Assembly: GCA_047602405.1 (NCBI GenBank)
Contig: JASGHJ010000001.1
Location: 608,001-672,000 of the forward strand
Length of the DNA: 64,000 nucleotides
Reading direction: 5' to 3'
From: Anaeromyxobacteraceae bacterium
Lineage (GTDB): Bacteria; Myxococcota; Myxococcia; Myxococcales; Anaeromyxobacteraceae
Positions 19,555-31,439 of this stretch are shown here, piece by piece; position 1 is the first letter of the stretch; every line of letters starts with the position of its first letter. The translations under genes were made by a program, and so were the position numbers. The notes under the pieces were generated by a model. The model was not told where the DNA came from. It ran no database searches and saw only the letters and a list, made by a program, of their open reading frames with translations.

Positions 19555-20285
19555 GCCCCGCCCCGGACCCGGTCGATGAGCGCCTGGGTGCGCTCCCAGG
19601 CGAGCTCCTGCAGCGGCTTCACGATCGCCATGTCGCGCGCGGCCTCCGGCCGCCGCTCCACCGCGATGGGCTCCCCGAGCACCACCCGGATGCGCGCCGG
19701 CAGCGGCACCGGCGACCAGAAGGAGAGCTTCCCGAGCCTCGCGCCCGGGTAGGCCTCCGCGCCGCCCACGATCGCGAGCGGCACGATGGGCGCGCCGCGC
19801 TTCAGCGCGAGCCGCGCGAAGCCGTACCGGCCCGCCCACTGCAGCCGGTAGAAGTCCCTCGACGGCTGCGCCTCGCGCGAGCCGCCGGGCGTGACGAGGA
19901 GCTGCTCGCCGCGCTCGAGCACGGCCTCGCAGGTGTCCTCGGCGGTGCCGATGATGCCGGCGATCTCCTTCGCGCGCGGCAGGCCCGGCAGGTACCGCTC
20001 GATCTGCGAGAGCCCGCCCACGATCCGGATCCGGTCCTGCTCCTCGCCGGTCTCGTGGAAGTGCTTCCAGCCGAGCAGGTAGCAGCCCATCACGAGGTCG
20101 GGCACGAAGTAGCTCGCGCCGTGGAGCGCCACGTAGATCGCCGGCCCACGCGGCGGCGGCCCGCCCTCGAGCGTCGTCCGGTGATACGCGCACATCGCGC
20201 GCGCCCACGGCAGGAAGAACCGGCGGTAGGCCCAGTGCGAGCGGTCCTGCAGCGGGGGCAGCTGGGCCTTGTCGTCGCGGGCCAT
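19551..20285 (-). CDS. lysophospholipid acyltransferase (PlsC/DGAT-like) 1
   Basis: IYVALH, LLVTPGGSREA, GFARLA..GAPIVP. Confidence 0.8.
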   Translation of the reverse strand: MARDDKAQLPPLQDRSHWAYRRFFLPWARAMCAYHRTTLEGGPPPRGPAIYVALHGASYFVPDLVMGCYLLGWKHFHETGEEQDRIRIVGGLSQIERYLPGLPRAKEIAGIIGTAEDTCEAVLERGEQLLVTPGGSREAQPSRDFYRLQWAGRYGFARLALKRGAPIVPLAIVGGAEAYPGARLGKLSFWSPVPLPARIRVVLGEPIAVERRPEAARDMAIVKPLQELAWERTQALIDRVRGGA

Positions 20286-20288
20286 CGG

Positions 20289-21035
20289 CTACGGGCTCCA
20301 GGCCGGACGCCGGCCCTTCGTGGCGCCCGTGAGGAGCGCCTGGGTCTCGGCCGCGACGCGATCGGCGAACGCGGCGAGGGCCGGGCCGTCGAGCGACGCG
20401 CCGTCGCGCGCGGGCGGCGGCGCGATGGGCGCGCCGAAGACGAAGTCGAGCGGCACCGGCAGCGGCAGGAGCGGGAGCCAGAGGCTGCCGGACCTACCGA
20501 GCGGGACGCGCCAGGGGTGCTGCTGGTCCGCGCCGGCGATGGCGAAGGGCACGACCGGCACGCCCGCCTTCGCCGCGATGCGCGCGAAGCCGCGCCGGCC
20601 CTTCCAGTCGATGACGTCCTTCGGGCCGTAGAGCTCGCGCGCGCCGCCCGGGAAGAGCAGCACCGACTCGCCGCCCGCGAGCGCCGCGAGCGCGGCCTCC
20701 TCGGTCGCCTCGATGGTGCCGACGTGGCGGCGGATCCACGACAGGCCGGGCAGGCGGTGGAGCGAGGTGCCGCGCTTCTCCATCGGCCGGAACGGGACCC
20801 GGTCGGAGTCCCAGAACGACACGAGGCCGAGGAGGATGATCTCGAGGTACAGGAACGTGCGCGGGTGCTTTCCGACGTAGACGACCGGGCGGTCCGCCGG
20901 CACCTCGTCGAGGCCGAGCACGCGCGGCCGGTACCAGAGCTTCAGCGCGCGCGCCGCGGGGACGATGACCGCCTTCTGGCGCCAGGTGCGCGGGAACCGG
21001 GCGTACCGGTCGTCCTTCCGATCCTCGGGTTGCAC
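20289..21035 (-). CDS. lysophospholipid acyltransferase (PlsC/DGAT-like) 2
   Basis: VYVGKH, LLFPGGARE, GFARIA..GVPVVP. Confidence 0.8.
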   Translation of the reverse strand: MQPEDRKDDRYARFPRTWRQKAVIVPAARALKLWYRPRVLGLDEVPADRPVVYVGKHPRTFLYLEIILLGLVSFWDSDRVPFRPMEKRGTSLHRLPGLSWIRRHVGTIEATEEAALAALAGGESVLLFPGGARELYGPKDVIDWKGRRGFARIAAKAGVPVVPFAIAGADQQHPWRVPLGRSGSLWLPLLPLPVPLDFVFGAPIAPPPARDGASLDGPALAAFADRVAAETQALLTGATKGRRPAWSP

Positions 21036-21044
21036 GGGCGAATC

Positions 21045-22211
21045 CTAGCCCCGGACGGCGCGGAGCGCGCGCGCCGCGAGGCCGCGCGCCGGGGGTGCGA
21101 CCTCGTGCTCGGCGAGCGCGACGCCGTAGACGTGGGCGACGCGCGCGGCGACGCGGGTCCAGGAGAGCGCCCCGGCGCGCGCCAGGCCGCGCGCGGAGAG
21201 CCGCTGGCGGAGCCCGGGGTCGGAGAGCGCGCGCTCGAGCGCACCGGCGAGGGCCTCCGCCTCGCCGCGGGCCGCGAGCAGCGCCGCGCCGCGGGCGGCC
21301 TCGGCGTAGCCGGGGAGGTCGCTCGCCACGACCGGGCAGCCGGCCGCCATCGCCTCCACGAGCACCATGCCGAAGCTCTCGCCGCCGAGCGACGGCGCGC
21401 AGAAGACGTCGGCGGTGCGATAGTGCTCGGAGAGCTCCGCGTCGGTGACGCGGCCGTGGAAGACGACGTCGAGGCCGCGGGCCCGCGCGGCGAAGCGCTC
21501 CTCGGGGCCGGCGCCGACCACGTGGACCTGGATCGCCCGCCCGCGCGCCAGCAGCCGGGCGGCCGCGTCGAGCAGCACCGAGAGGCCCTTCCGCTGCTCG
21601 CCGTAGCGGCCGACGAAGAGCACGCGCGGCACCGCGGGGTCGTCCGGGCCGAGCAGGCGCACGGGGCTGCGCGCCGGGCCGCCGGCCGTGAAGCGGGAGA
21701 GGTCGACGCCGTTCGGGATCACCGCGGTGCGGCCGCGGTACAGGGCGCGGGAGAAGTGCTTCGCCGCCCGCGAGACCGCGATGCCCACGTCGATGCGGTT
21801 GAGCCGGCCGGACGCGGAGATGACCCGGCGGAGCACGGTCTGCAGGGGCAGCTCCCGGTCGTCGTTCGCGTGGAACGTGGCGACGATGGGCAGCTGCTGG
21901 CGCAGCGCGAAGCGCCCGGGCCCCGGCACGATGGGCTCGTGGATGTGGACGAGGTCGAAGCAGCCCGCCTCGAGCACCTCGCGTGTGCGGCGCGCGGACA
22001 CGAGCAGGCCGACCCGGGCGACCGAGCCGTTCGCCGGCACCGGCACGACGCCGGGCAGGCCCACGCAGCCCTCGGGCACGGGCCCGCTCGCCGGCCCGAG
22101 CACCTCGGCCTCGTAGTCGAGGGTCCGCAGCGCGGCGGCGAGGCTCCAGGCGTGACGGTTCACGCCGCCGTCGCGGGAGAGGTCGTAGGGGGTGACGATG
22201 CAGACGCGCAC
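21045..22211 (-). CDS. GT4 glycosyltransferase, phosphatidyl-myo-inositol mannosyltransferase PimA-like
   Basis: TPYDLSRDGGV, PANGSVAR, HIHEP, VATFH, APSLGGESFGMVLVEAMAAG closely follow the motif series of mycobacterial PimA. Confidence 0.8.
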   Translation of the reverse strand: MRVCIVTPYDLSRDGGVNRHAWSLAAALRTLDYEAEVLGPASGPVPEGCVGLPGVVPVPANGSVARVGLLVSARRTREVLEAGCFDLVHIHEPIVPGPGRFALRQQLPIVATFHANDDRELPLQTVLRRVISASGRLNRIDVGIAVSRAAKHFSRALYRGRTAVIPNGVDLSRFTAGGPARSPVRLLGPDDPAVPRVLFVGRYGEQRKGLSVLLDAAARLLARGRAIQVHVVGAGPEERFAARARGLDVVFHGRVTDAELSEHYRTADVFCAPSLGGESFGMVLVEAMAAGCPVVASDLPGYAEAARGAALLAARGEAEALAGALERALSDPGLRQRLSARGLARAGALSWTRVAARVAHVYGVALAEHEVAPPARGLAARALRAVRG

Positions 22212-22228
22212 GCGGTGGCTCGCTGGCT

Positions 22229-23002
22229 TCAGGTCCCCGTCTTCTGCGCCGGCGGGGACTGCAGGGGCCGTGCCGCCGAGCTCTTGCCGTCATCTCGCGC
22301 ACGTAGCGCCCGGTAGATGACGACCATCCGCCCCACGGCGGTGGCTCCCGCGCCCACCGTGACGAGCACGCACACCACCTCCACGAGGAGCAACGCCCCG
22401 TCCCCGGGCAGGAATTCCGCGCCGATGAGCGTGAACATCATCGCCACGAGGCGGTGCGGCCGCTCCAGCCCGAAGCCGGGGCAGTCGACGCCCAGCCCCT
22501 CGCCGCGCGCCCGCGCGTACGAGACCATCAGCGAGGCGACCACCGCCGCGGCGGCCCAGAACGTGCCGGAACGGTGCGTGAACGCCCAGCCGACGCCGGC
22601 GAAGAGGGTGATCTCCGAGATGCGGTCGAGGTTGGAGTCGAGGAAGGCGCCGGCCGGCGACTGCGTCGAGGTCGAGCGCGCGAGCTCCCCGTCGAGGAGG
22701 TCGCACCACGACCCGAACACGAGCAGCACCGCCGCGAGCCCCCACTCGCGCAGGCCCACGAGGAGCGACGCCGCGGTCGTGAGCGCGAGCCCGATCGCGG
22801 TCATCCCGTTCGCGGAGATCCCGAGCGCGCCCGCGGCGCGGAGCACCGGCCGCGAGACGAAGTAGGCCCAGCGCCCGAGCAGCGGGATGAGCCCGGGGCC
22901 CGCCACCCGCGCCGGCGGAGCCGGGCGGGCGGCGAGGTAGAGGAGCGACGTGGCCGCCGCGGTGCCGACCAGCGAGGTGATCGCGAGCTGGCCGGCCGTC
23001 AT
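22229..23002 (-). CDS. CDP-alcohol phosphatidyltransferase, phosphatidylinositol-phosphate synthase-like
   Basis: DLLDGELAR...GAFLDSNLDR signature; SYARARGE and ERPHR as in PIP synthases; adjacent to ino1. Confidence 0.85.
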   Translation of the reverse strand: MTAGQLAITSLVGTAAATSLLYLAARPAPPARVAGPGLIPLLGRWAYFVSRPVLRAAGALGISANGMTAIGLALTTAASLLVGLREWGLAAVLLVFGSWCDLLDGELARSTSTQSPAGAFLDSNLDRISEITLFAGVGWAFTHRSGTFWAAAAVVASLMVSYARARGEGLGVDCPGFGLERPHRLVAMMFTLIGAEFLPGDGALLLVEVVCVLVTVGAGATAVGRMVVIYRALRARDDGKSSAARPLQSPPAQKTGT

Positions 23003-23005
23003 GCG

Positions 23006-24307
<1,302 letters not shown>

Positions 24308-24635
24308 GTACGCCTCACTGGCGGGGACGCGACGACGCGCGGTTGCCCCGATGAACGTTGCCGACGAGCCCGTCAACCACGGGTAGGACCCACGAACTGC
24401 ACGGGCATTCCCGGTTACGAGCGCCGCGACCGGCAACGGGGCGCGCAGCGCGGGACCCCTCATCGGGGTGTCCGGGAGGTCGGCCTTTTACAACATGCCG
24501 CGTCGAGCGGGAAGGGTCCGATCGTATGCCCCTGTGACGGCAGGTCGCAGGGACGCCTCCACGGACGGTCGGTCCGGTCGGGCCCCGAGCCGCGCGACGG
24601 GCCGGGCCGGTACACTGCATCCCGGGAGGCGGACC

Positions 24636-26129
24636 TTGGGCAGAGCGCGCGAGCGGATCCTGGCGGCGATCGACCTCGGCACGAACGCGATCCGCCTGGA
24701 GATCGCCCGCCCGCTGCCCGACGGCACGCTCGAGACGCTCCACCAGGAGCGGGATCCGGTCCGGCCGGGCGAGGGCGTCTTCGCGACGGGCTCGCTGCCA
24801 CGCCAGGTCGCGGATCGCGTGATCGCCACCCTCTCCCGCTACGCGGCGCTCTGCCGGCGCTACGGCGCCAGGGTCCGGGCGGTCGCGACGAGCGCGGTCC
24901 GGGAGGCGAAGAACAAGGACGAGCTCGTCCGGCGCGCCCGCCGCGAGGCGGGCATCGAGCTCGAGGTCGTGTCCGGTCGGGAGGAGGCGCGGCTCATCTG
25001 CCTGGGCGTGCTCTCGGATCGGCCTCCCCGCGCGCGCTCGCTCCTCATCGACATCGGCGGTGGCTCCACCGAGGTCATCGCCGCGGAGGGGGCGGTGCCC
25101 ACGAGCCTCACGTCGGTGAACCTCGGGGCGGTCCGCCTCACCGAGATCTTCGCGAGCGCGGGGAAGATCGAGGACGGGAAGCTCGCCGCGATGCGCTCGT
25201 TCGCCGCCGAGGCCTTCCGGGACGGGCTCCCGCGCAGCCCGCCTCGCGCGCGGGTCGCCCTCGGCAGCTCGGGCACCATCAACGCCATCGTCGCGGCGCA
25301 CGGGGATGGCCGCCGCCTCACGCGGAAGCGCTGCACGAGAGCGGTCGAGGAGCTCGCCGGCATGACGCTCGCCCAGCGGCGCCGGCTGCACGAGCCGCGG
25401 CGCGCGGAGGTGATCGTCGCCGGTGCGGTGATCCTCGAGGCCGCGATGCGCCACCTCGGCGTGGAGGCGCTCACGGCGGTCGACACCGGGCTGCGCAACG
25501 GCGTCCTGCGGGATCTCGCCGCCCGCTCGCCCGCGCTCGCGGCCGCCGAGGCCGCGGGCCGCACCGAGGCGGCGCTCGCGCTCGGCCGGCGGTTCGGCTT
25601 CGACGAGGCCCACGCGCGGCAGGCCGCGCGGCTCGCGCTCGCGCTCTTCGACCAGCTCGCCGGCGTGCACCGGCTCCCCGCGAGCGCCCGAAGCCTGCTC
25701 GAGTCGGCGGCGCTCCTCCACGACGTCGGGCACGCGGTGTCCCCGAGCCGCCACCACAAGCACACCTTCTACATCGTCCAGAACGCCGACCTCGCCGGCT
25801 TCTCCGACCGGGAGCGGCTGCTCCTCGCCCTCGTCGCCCGGTACCACCGGCGCTCCGTTCCCGATCGCGGGCGCGAGGACCTCGAGCTCCTCACCGGTCC
25901 GGAGCTCGTCACCGTCCGCCGGCTGGTCGCGCTCCTGCGCGTGGCGGACGCGCTCGACCGCAGCCACGCGCAGCACGTCCGGGCGCTCCGCGCGGCGGCG
26001 CGCGGCGGCGCCGTGCGCGTCTCGCTCCGCGCCGGCGGCCCGCTCCACCTCGAGCTCTGGGACGTCGCGCGCGAGGCCGGCTTCTTCCGGCAGGCGCTCG
26101 GCCGCCGGCTGGAGATCGCGGGGAGGTAG
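24636..26129 (+). CDS. ppx: Ppx/GppA exopolyphosphatase with C-terminal HD domain
   Basis: AAIDLGTN, ATSAVREA, EEARL, DIGGGSTE, LLHDVG; GGAGG before TTG 24636. Confidence 0.88.
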   Translation: MGRARERILAAIDLGTNAIRLEIARPLPDGTLETLHQERDPVRPGEGVFATGSLPRQVADRVIATLSRYAALCRRYGARVRAVATSAVREAKNKDELVRRARREAGIELEVVSGREEARLICLGVLSDRPPRARSLLIDIGGGSTEVIAAEGAVPTSLTSVNLGAVRLTEIFASAGKIEDGKLAAMRSFAAEAFRDGLPRSPPRARVALGSSGTINAIVAAHGDGRRLTRKRCTRAVEELAGMTLAQRRRLHEPRRAEVIVAGAVILEAAMRHLGVEALTAVDTGLRNGVLRDLAARSPALAAAEAAGRTEAALALGRRFGFDEAHARQAARLALALFDQLAGVHRLPASARSLLESAALLHDVGHAVSPSRHHKHTFYIVQNADLAGFSDRERLLLALVARYHRRSVPDRGREDLELLTGPELVTVRRLVALLRVADALDRSHAQHVRALRAAARGGAVRVSLRAGGPLHLELWDVAREAGFFRQALGRRLEIAGR

Positions 26130-26148
26130 GGATAGGCTCCGCGGCGCC

Positions 26149-27063
26149 GTGCTCGCCGCCTTGCTCGCCCTCGCCGCCCTCGCCGGCCCGGACGTCTCCC
26201 CGTCCGGGGCCTCGCTTCCGGCGGCCCGGCCTCCACCCGACGCGGCCATCGCCCGCGCGCTCGCGACCGCCCCCGCCGGCGCCGCCCGCGCCGTCGCGGC
26301 GACGGCGCCGCTCCGGGGCGCGCCCTACGCGCTCGACGCGCTCGGCGAGGCGGACGACCGCGACCCCGATCCGCGGTTTCGCCTCGACGCCTTCGACTGC
26401 ATGACGTTCGTCGAGACCGCGGTCGCGCTCGGGAACGCCGCGTCGCTCGAGGAGGCGCGGCGCCTGCTCGACCTCGTGCGGTACGAGGGCCCGCCCGCGC
26501 TCGCCTCCCGCCGGCACGAGGTCCTCTCGCAGTGGATCCCGCAGAACGTCGCGGCCGGGTGGGTGCGCGACGTCGCCGCCGAGGTCGCGCCCGGCGCCGT
26601 CGTGCGGGAGGAGAAGGTCTACTCGCGCGAGGCGTGGGCGCTCGTGCGGCGCGCGGGCCGCGCCATCCCGGGGCTGCCCCGCGCCCGCCTCCCGGTGGGC
26701 ACCTTCGCGGTGGACGTCGTGCCGCTCGACGCGCTGGCGGCGGCCGCGCCGCGGATCCCGGCGGGGACGATCGCGTTCGTCGTGCGCGACGACGCGCCCG
26801 ATCGCCCGAGCCGCGTCTCGCACGCGGGGCTCGTCTTCGAGGGGCCGGGCGGCGAGCGGTGGGTCCGGCACGCGACCTCCACCGTCGGCGTGGCGCGGGT
26901 GATCGAGGAGCCCCTCTCACGGTACGTGGAGCGCAACCGGAAGGCGCGGCCCGCCTGGCGGGTCGTGGGCCTGGCCCTCGTCCAGATCGCCGACAACCGG
27001 GCCCGCCTCGCCGAGGCGCTCGCCCACCGGCCCGCACCGGGAGTGCCGGCCAGGGTCCCCTGA
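26149..27063 (+). CDS. DUF1460 / NlpC-P60-like peptidoglycan amidase
   Basis: Signal peptide, G.PY...LGE, FDCMTFVE (catalytic Cys), SHAG (His). Confidence 0.75.
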   Translation: MLAALLALAALAGPDVSPSGASLPAARPPPDAAIARALATAPAGAARAVAATAPLRGAPYALDALGEADDRDPDPRFRLDAFDCMTFVETAVALGNAASLEEARRLLDLVRYEGPPALASRRHEVLSQWIPQNVAAGWVRDVAAEVAPGAVVREEKVYSREAWALVRRAGRAIPGLPRARLPVGTFAVDVVPLDALAAAAPRIPAGTIAFVVRDDAPDRPSRVSHAGLVFEGPGGERWVRHATSTVGVARVIEEPLSRYVERNRKARPAWRVVGLALVQIADNRARLAEALAHRPAPGVPARVP

Positions 27064-27088
27064 ACCCCCCGGAATCACGGGAGGGTTC
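27062..27088 (+). terminator. possible stem-loop after the amidase gene
   Basis: GAACCCCCCG-GAATCA-CGGGAGGGTTC imperfect inverted repeat; no clear U-tract. Confidence 0.3.
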
Positions 27089-27218
27089 CTACGTTATCCC
27101 GCGTCACGAAGGCGCGCGCGGGCCCTCCTTACCGGACTGCCTCACCCAGGAGCCCAGGCGCCCCGGCGGCCCGCGAAATACGGCCACGAACACCACGTAA
27201 CACCGCCCACACACCGAC

Positions 27219-27947
27219 ATGACCGCCACCGATCTCGCACAGGACGGCTCCGTCATCTGGACCACGCTCGCGGAGCCCGGGCTCGGGCTCGCACAGGCGG
27301 TCACACGGCGCCGGGCGCTCACCGCGCTCCTCGTCTCGACGCTCGCGGCGCTCGTCGCGACCGCCGTCATCCTCCCGCACCTCGACCTCGCGGCGCTCGC
27401 GGCGATGAAGCTGCGCCCCGACATGACGCCGCACGAGCGCACCGAGGCCATCGAGACCGCCGCGAAGCTGAACGCGGTCATGGCCTGGGGCGGGGCGGTG
27501 CTCGGCCCGGCGATCCAGGCGCTCTTCGTGAGCTGCTTCCTCTGGCTCGGCTTCTGGACCGCGGGCGCGAAGACCGGCTTCAAGGAGACCTTCACGGTCA
27601 CCGCGCACGGGCTCCTCCCGAACGCGCTCCGCGGCCTGCTCATGGCGCCCGCGGCGGTCGTGCACGCGCCGGTGAACCCGATGCAGCTCGACAGGCTGCT
27701 CCCCTCCAGCGTCGCCGCGCTCCTGCCGCCCTCCCTGCCGCCCCCGGCGCTCGCCGCGGCCTCCGCGCTCGACCTGTTCTCGCTCTGGGCGCTCTACCTC
27801 GTCGGCACCGGCATGGCGAAGGCCTCCGGGGCCTCCCGCCGGCGCTCCTTCGTCGTCGTCGCCGTGCTCTTCGTCGCCTACGTCGCGCTGCTCAAGATCG
27901 CGCCGTCCGCTGCCGCGGGCGGCCCCGGCCCCCGAGGAGGCCCGTGA
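27219..27947 (+). CDS. Yip1-family membrane protein (YknW-like accessory subunit)
   Basis: Five-TM pattern, LDLFSLW; first gene of the exporter operon. Confidence 0.7.
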   Translation: MTATDLAQDGSVIWTTLAEPGLGLAQAVTRRRALTALLVSTLAALVATAVILPHLDLAALAAMKLRPDMTPHERTEAIETAAKLNAVMAWGGAVLGPAIQALFVSCFLWLGFWTAGAKTGFKETFTVTAHGLLPNALRGLLMAPAAVVHAPVNPMQLDRLLPSSVAALLPPSLPPPALAAASALDLFSLWALYLVGTGMAKASGASRRRSFVVVAVLFVAYVALLKIAPSAAAGGPGPRGGP

Positions 27948-29311
27948 ACCCGCCCCGTCCCATCGCCGCGCTCGCCCTCGCGCTCGTCACCGCCTCCGCG
28001 GCGGTCCCGTCGCTCGCCGCGGCGCAGGCCGCCCCCATCACGCTCGAGGACGCGCTCGCCCGCGCGACCCGGCACAACGTCGAGCTCTCGCTCGCCCGCG
28101 AGGACGCCGCCGTCGCCGGCTCCGACCGCGTGTCGGCGCTCTCGAACGTCCTGCCGCGCCTCGACCTCTCCTCGACCTTCGGCCGCAGCTTCATCGGCGC
28201 GCAGAGCGGGTACGTGACCTCCACCGGCATCCCGGTCCCGGCCCAGCCCGCCTCCGACCAGGCCTACTACTCGCTCGGCGCGACGCTCTCGCAGCCGCTC
28301 TTCGACTGGACGGCGTTCCAGGGCGTGCGCGCCTCGGGCTACCAGCTGGCCGCCGCGGAGAAGCAGTACGACGAGCAGGTCCTCTCGACCGCCTTCGAGG
28401 TGACCCGCCGGTTCTACGAGGTGGTCCGCGCCGAGCGCACCCTCGCGGTGCTCGAGAAGACCGCCGCCCGCACGCAGGACCTCGTCGCCCGCGCCGACGC
28501 GCTGTTCGCGGCTGGCCGGGCCCCGCGCGCCGACACCTACACGAACCGGGTGAACCTCGCGAACGACCAGATCAACGTCGAGCGGCAGCGCGCCCGCGTG
28601 AACGCGGCCCGCACCTCGCTCGGCCAGGCCATCGGGCTCACCGGCTCCGAGGCCGCGAACCTCACCGTCGCGGTCCCGCCGGTCATGGACCGCACCGACC
28701 TGCGCCCCGGCCAGCCGCCGGCGCTCGACGAGCTCATCGCGACGGCGCAGAAGCGCCGGCCCGCGGTGGCCGCGGCGAAGGCCCAGGTCGCCGCCGCCGA
28801 CGCGAGCGTGCAGAGCGCGTGGGGCGGCTACCTCCCCTCGGTCGGCGCGCAGGTCAGCTACAACCGCAGCGGCCCGGAGCTCACCGGCAACGCCGGCGTC
28901 TACGGGGACCTCACCCGCGAGTACTCGTCCTCGGCGCTCGTCGTCGCGAGCTGGAACCTCTTCGAGGGCCGGCGCACGCAGGCGCAGGTGCAGCGCGCCG
29001 AGTCGAGCGCGCGGCGCGCCCGCACCGGCGAGGAGGCGACCGCCCTGCGCGTCGCGAAGGAGATCTCCGACGCCCGCGCGGTGGCCGCGTCCGGCGCCAC
29101 CCAGGTCGGCCTCGCCGCCGACAACCTCGCCACCGCCGACAAGGCCCTCTCCCTCGCCCGCGAGCGGCTCGAGGCCGGGCTCGCCACGCAGCTCGAGGTC
29201 CGAGAGGCCTCGCTCAACCTCACCCGCGCGGAGCTCTCGCTCGTCGAGGCCCGCATTGACCACGCAGTGGCGATCGCCGACCTGGCGCGCGCCTCCGGAG
29301 GACCGCTCTAG
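27944..29311 (+). CDS. TolC-family outer membrane efflux protein
   Basis: [41 protein letters not shown]. Confidence 0.9.
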   Translation: MNPPRPIAALALALVTASAAVPSLAAAQAAPITLEDALARATRHNVELSLAREDAAVAGSDRVSALSNVLPRLDLSSTFGRSFIGAQSGYVTSTGIPVPAQPASDQAYYSLGATLSQPLFDWTAFQGVRASGYQLAAAEKQYDEQVLSTAFEVTRRFYEVVRAERTLAVLEKTAARTQDLVARADALFAAGRAPRADTYTNRVNLANDQINVERQRARVNAARTSLGQAIGLTGSEAANLTVAVPPVMDRTDLRPGQPPALDELIATAQKRRPAVAAAKAQVAAADASVQSAWGGYLPSVGAQVSYNRSGPELTGNAGVYGDLTREYSSSALVVASWNLFEGRRTQAQVQRAESSARRARTGEEATALRVAKEISDARAVAASGATQVGLAADNLATADKALSLARERLEAGLATQLEVREASLNLTRAELSLVEARIDHAVAIADLARASGGPL

Positions 29312-29313
29312 CC

Positions 29314-30705
29314 ATGGCCTACCAGAACCCCGTGACCCGGACGGAGTCCGAGCCCCAGCGGCCCCCGGAGAAGCCTACGATTGCACCCATGCCGACCGCC
29401 CACCGCATGAGCTGGAAGAAGCGCATCTTCGCCGGGGTCTTCGTCCTCGCGATCGTCGCCATCACCGCCGGGTCGCTGATGCCGAAGCCGCAGCCGCCGG
29501 TGAACATCCAGGCGACGACGGCGAAGAAGGGCTCGATCACCCGCATCGTCACCGCGGGCGGCAAGCTCCAGGCGGCGACCGAGGTGAAGCTGTCCTCGAA
29601 CATCACCGGCGACCTCCTCTCCCTGACGGTGAAGGAGGGCGACGTGGTGAAGGCCGGCCAGGCGCTCGGCACCATCGACCCCCGCCGCTACGCCGCGCAG
29701 GTGTCGCAGTCCGACGCCCTCCGCGCGTCCGCCGCCGCCGACGTGCAGCAGCAGCGGGTGCTCGTCGCCCAGCTCGAGCAGGAGCTCGCCCGGGTGGAGC
29801 GGCTCGCGAAGTCCAACAACGCCTCCTCCGCCGAGGTCGACAAGGCGAAGACGGAGCTCGCCGCCGGCCGCGCGCGGTACGACGCGGCCCAGGGCCGGCT
29901 CGCCCAGTCCGAGGCGTCGCTGCGCGAGGCCCGCCACTCCTTCTCGATGACCACCCTGACCTCCCCGATCGACGGCGTCATCACGAAGCGCCAGAAGCAG
30001 GTCGGCGAGCGGATCCGCGGCTCCGACTTCTCCGAGGACGTCATCCTCATCATCTCCACGCTCTCCCAGATGGAGATGAAGATGGAGGTCGGCGAGCAGG
30101 AGGTGGTCTACCTCAAGGAGGGCGACACCGCCGAGGTCGAGATCGACGCGATCCCGGAGAAGAAGTTCCCGGCCAAGGTGGTCGAGGTCGCCCGCAACGC
30201 CAACGTGAAGAACGCCGGCACCGAGGGCGAGGTCACCACCTTCTTCGTGCGGCTCGCGCTGACCCAGGCCGTCTCGAACGCCCTCCCCGGCATGAGCGCG
30301 CAGGCCTCGGTCTTCACCGACACCCGCGACGACGCGATCGTGGTGCCCATCCAGGCCGTCACCGTGCGCCCGGAGAAGGACCTGAAGCCCGGCGGCGCGC
30401 CCGGCCAGGAGCAGCCGCCGCCGCAGCCGGAGGGCTCGGCCAACGCCAAGAAGGTGAAGCGCGACCCGATGCAGAAGGTGGTCTTCGTCGTGAAGGACGG
30501 CGTCGCGAAGATCCGCAAGGTCGAGACCGGCCTCGCCTCCGACACCGAGATCGAGATCGTGTCCGGCCTCGCCGAGGGCGAGAAGGTCGTGGAGGGCCCG
30601 TACCGCGTGCTCTCGCGCGAGCTCGAGGACGGCAAGCGCGTCGCCGAGCAGGACCAGGCCAAGAAGGGCGACGACAAGGCGAAGCCGGCCGAGAAGAAGG
30701 GGTAA
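29314..30705 (+). CDS. MacA-like periplasmic adaptor subunit
   Basis: [38 protein letters not shown]; start could be a downstream ATG. Confidence 0.88.
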   Translation: MAYQNPVTRTESEPQRPPEKPTIAPMPTAHRMSWKKRIFAGVFVLAIVAITAGSLMPKPQPPVNIQATTAKKGSITRIVTAGGKLQAATEVKLSSNITGDLLSLTVKEGDVVKAGQALGTIDPRRYAAQVSQSDALRASAAADVQQQRVLVAQLEQELARVERLAKSNNASSAEVDKAKTELAAGRARYDAAQGRLAQSEASLREARHSFSMTTLTSPIDGVITKRQKQVGERIRGSDFSEDVILIISTLSQMEMKMEVGEQEVVYLKEGDTAEVEIDAIPEKKFPAKVVEVARNANVKNAGTEGEVTTFFVRLALTQAVSNALPGMSAQASVFTDTRDDAIVVPIQAVTVRPEKDLKPGGAPGQEQPPPQPEGSANAKKVKRDPMQKVVFVVKDGVAKIRKVETGLASDTEIEIVSGLAEGEKVVEGPYRVLSRELEDGKRVAEQDQAKKGDDKAKPAEKKG

Positions 30706-30710
30706 CGACC

Positions 30711-31439
30711 GTGTCCGAGCCGCTCATCATCGTCGAGGACCTGCACCGCCACTACGAGGTCGGCGGCGAGGTCGTCCGCGCGCTCGACGGGGTCAGCTTC
30801 ACGATCCCGCGCGGCGAGTGGGTGGCCATCGTGGGCCAGTCCGGCTCGGGCAAGTCCACCCTCATGAACCTCCTCGGCTGCCTCGACACGCCCACCTCAG
30901 GCCTGTACCGGCTGAACGGCGCGGACGTGGCGGGGCTGCAGGACGACGAGCTCGCCGACCTCCGCAACAAGGAGATCGGGTTCGTCTTCCAGACCTTCCA
31001 GCTCCTGCCGCGCTCGACCGCGCTGCAGAACGTCGAGCTGCCGCTCGTGTACCGCGGCATCCCGAAGCGCGAGCGTCGCCTGCAGGCGGAGGAGGCGCTC
31101 GAGGCGGTCGGCCTCGGGAACCGCATGCACCACCGGCCGAACGAGCTCTCCGGCGGGCAGCGCCAGCGCGTGGCGATCGCCCGCGCGCTGGTCGGGAAGC
31201 CCTCCATGCTCCTCGCCGACGAGCCCACCGGCAACCTCGACTCGCAGACCGGCGAGGACATCATCCGGCTGTTCAGCGAGCTCCACCGGGGCGGCAACAC
31301 CATCGTGCTCGTCACCCACGAGCCGAAGCTCGCCGCGCGCTGCCCGCGCGCCATCAAGCTCTCCGACGGCAAGGTGATCGGCGACGGCCCCGGCAGCGAG
31401 ATCGCGCACCTCGGCGGGGCGCGGGCGGTGCCGGCATGA
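30711..31439 (+). CDS. MacB/LolD-type ABC transporter ATP-binding protein
   Basis: [38 protein letters not shown]. Confidence 0.93.
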   Translation: MSEPLIIVEDLHRHYEVGGEVVRALDGVSFTIPRGEWVAIVGQSGSGKSTLMNLLGCLDTPTSGLYRLNGADVAGLQDDELADLRNKEIGFVFQTFQLLPRSTALQNVELPLVYRGIPKRERRLQAEEALEAVGLGNRMHHRPNELSGGQRQRVAIARALVGKPSMLLADEPTGNLDSQTGEDIIRLFSELHRGGNTIVLVTHEPKLAARCPRAIKLSDGKVIGDGPGSEIAHLGGARAVPA

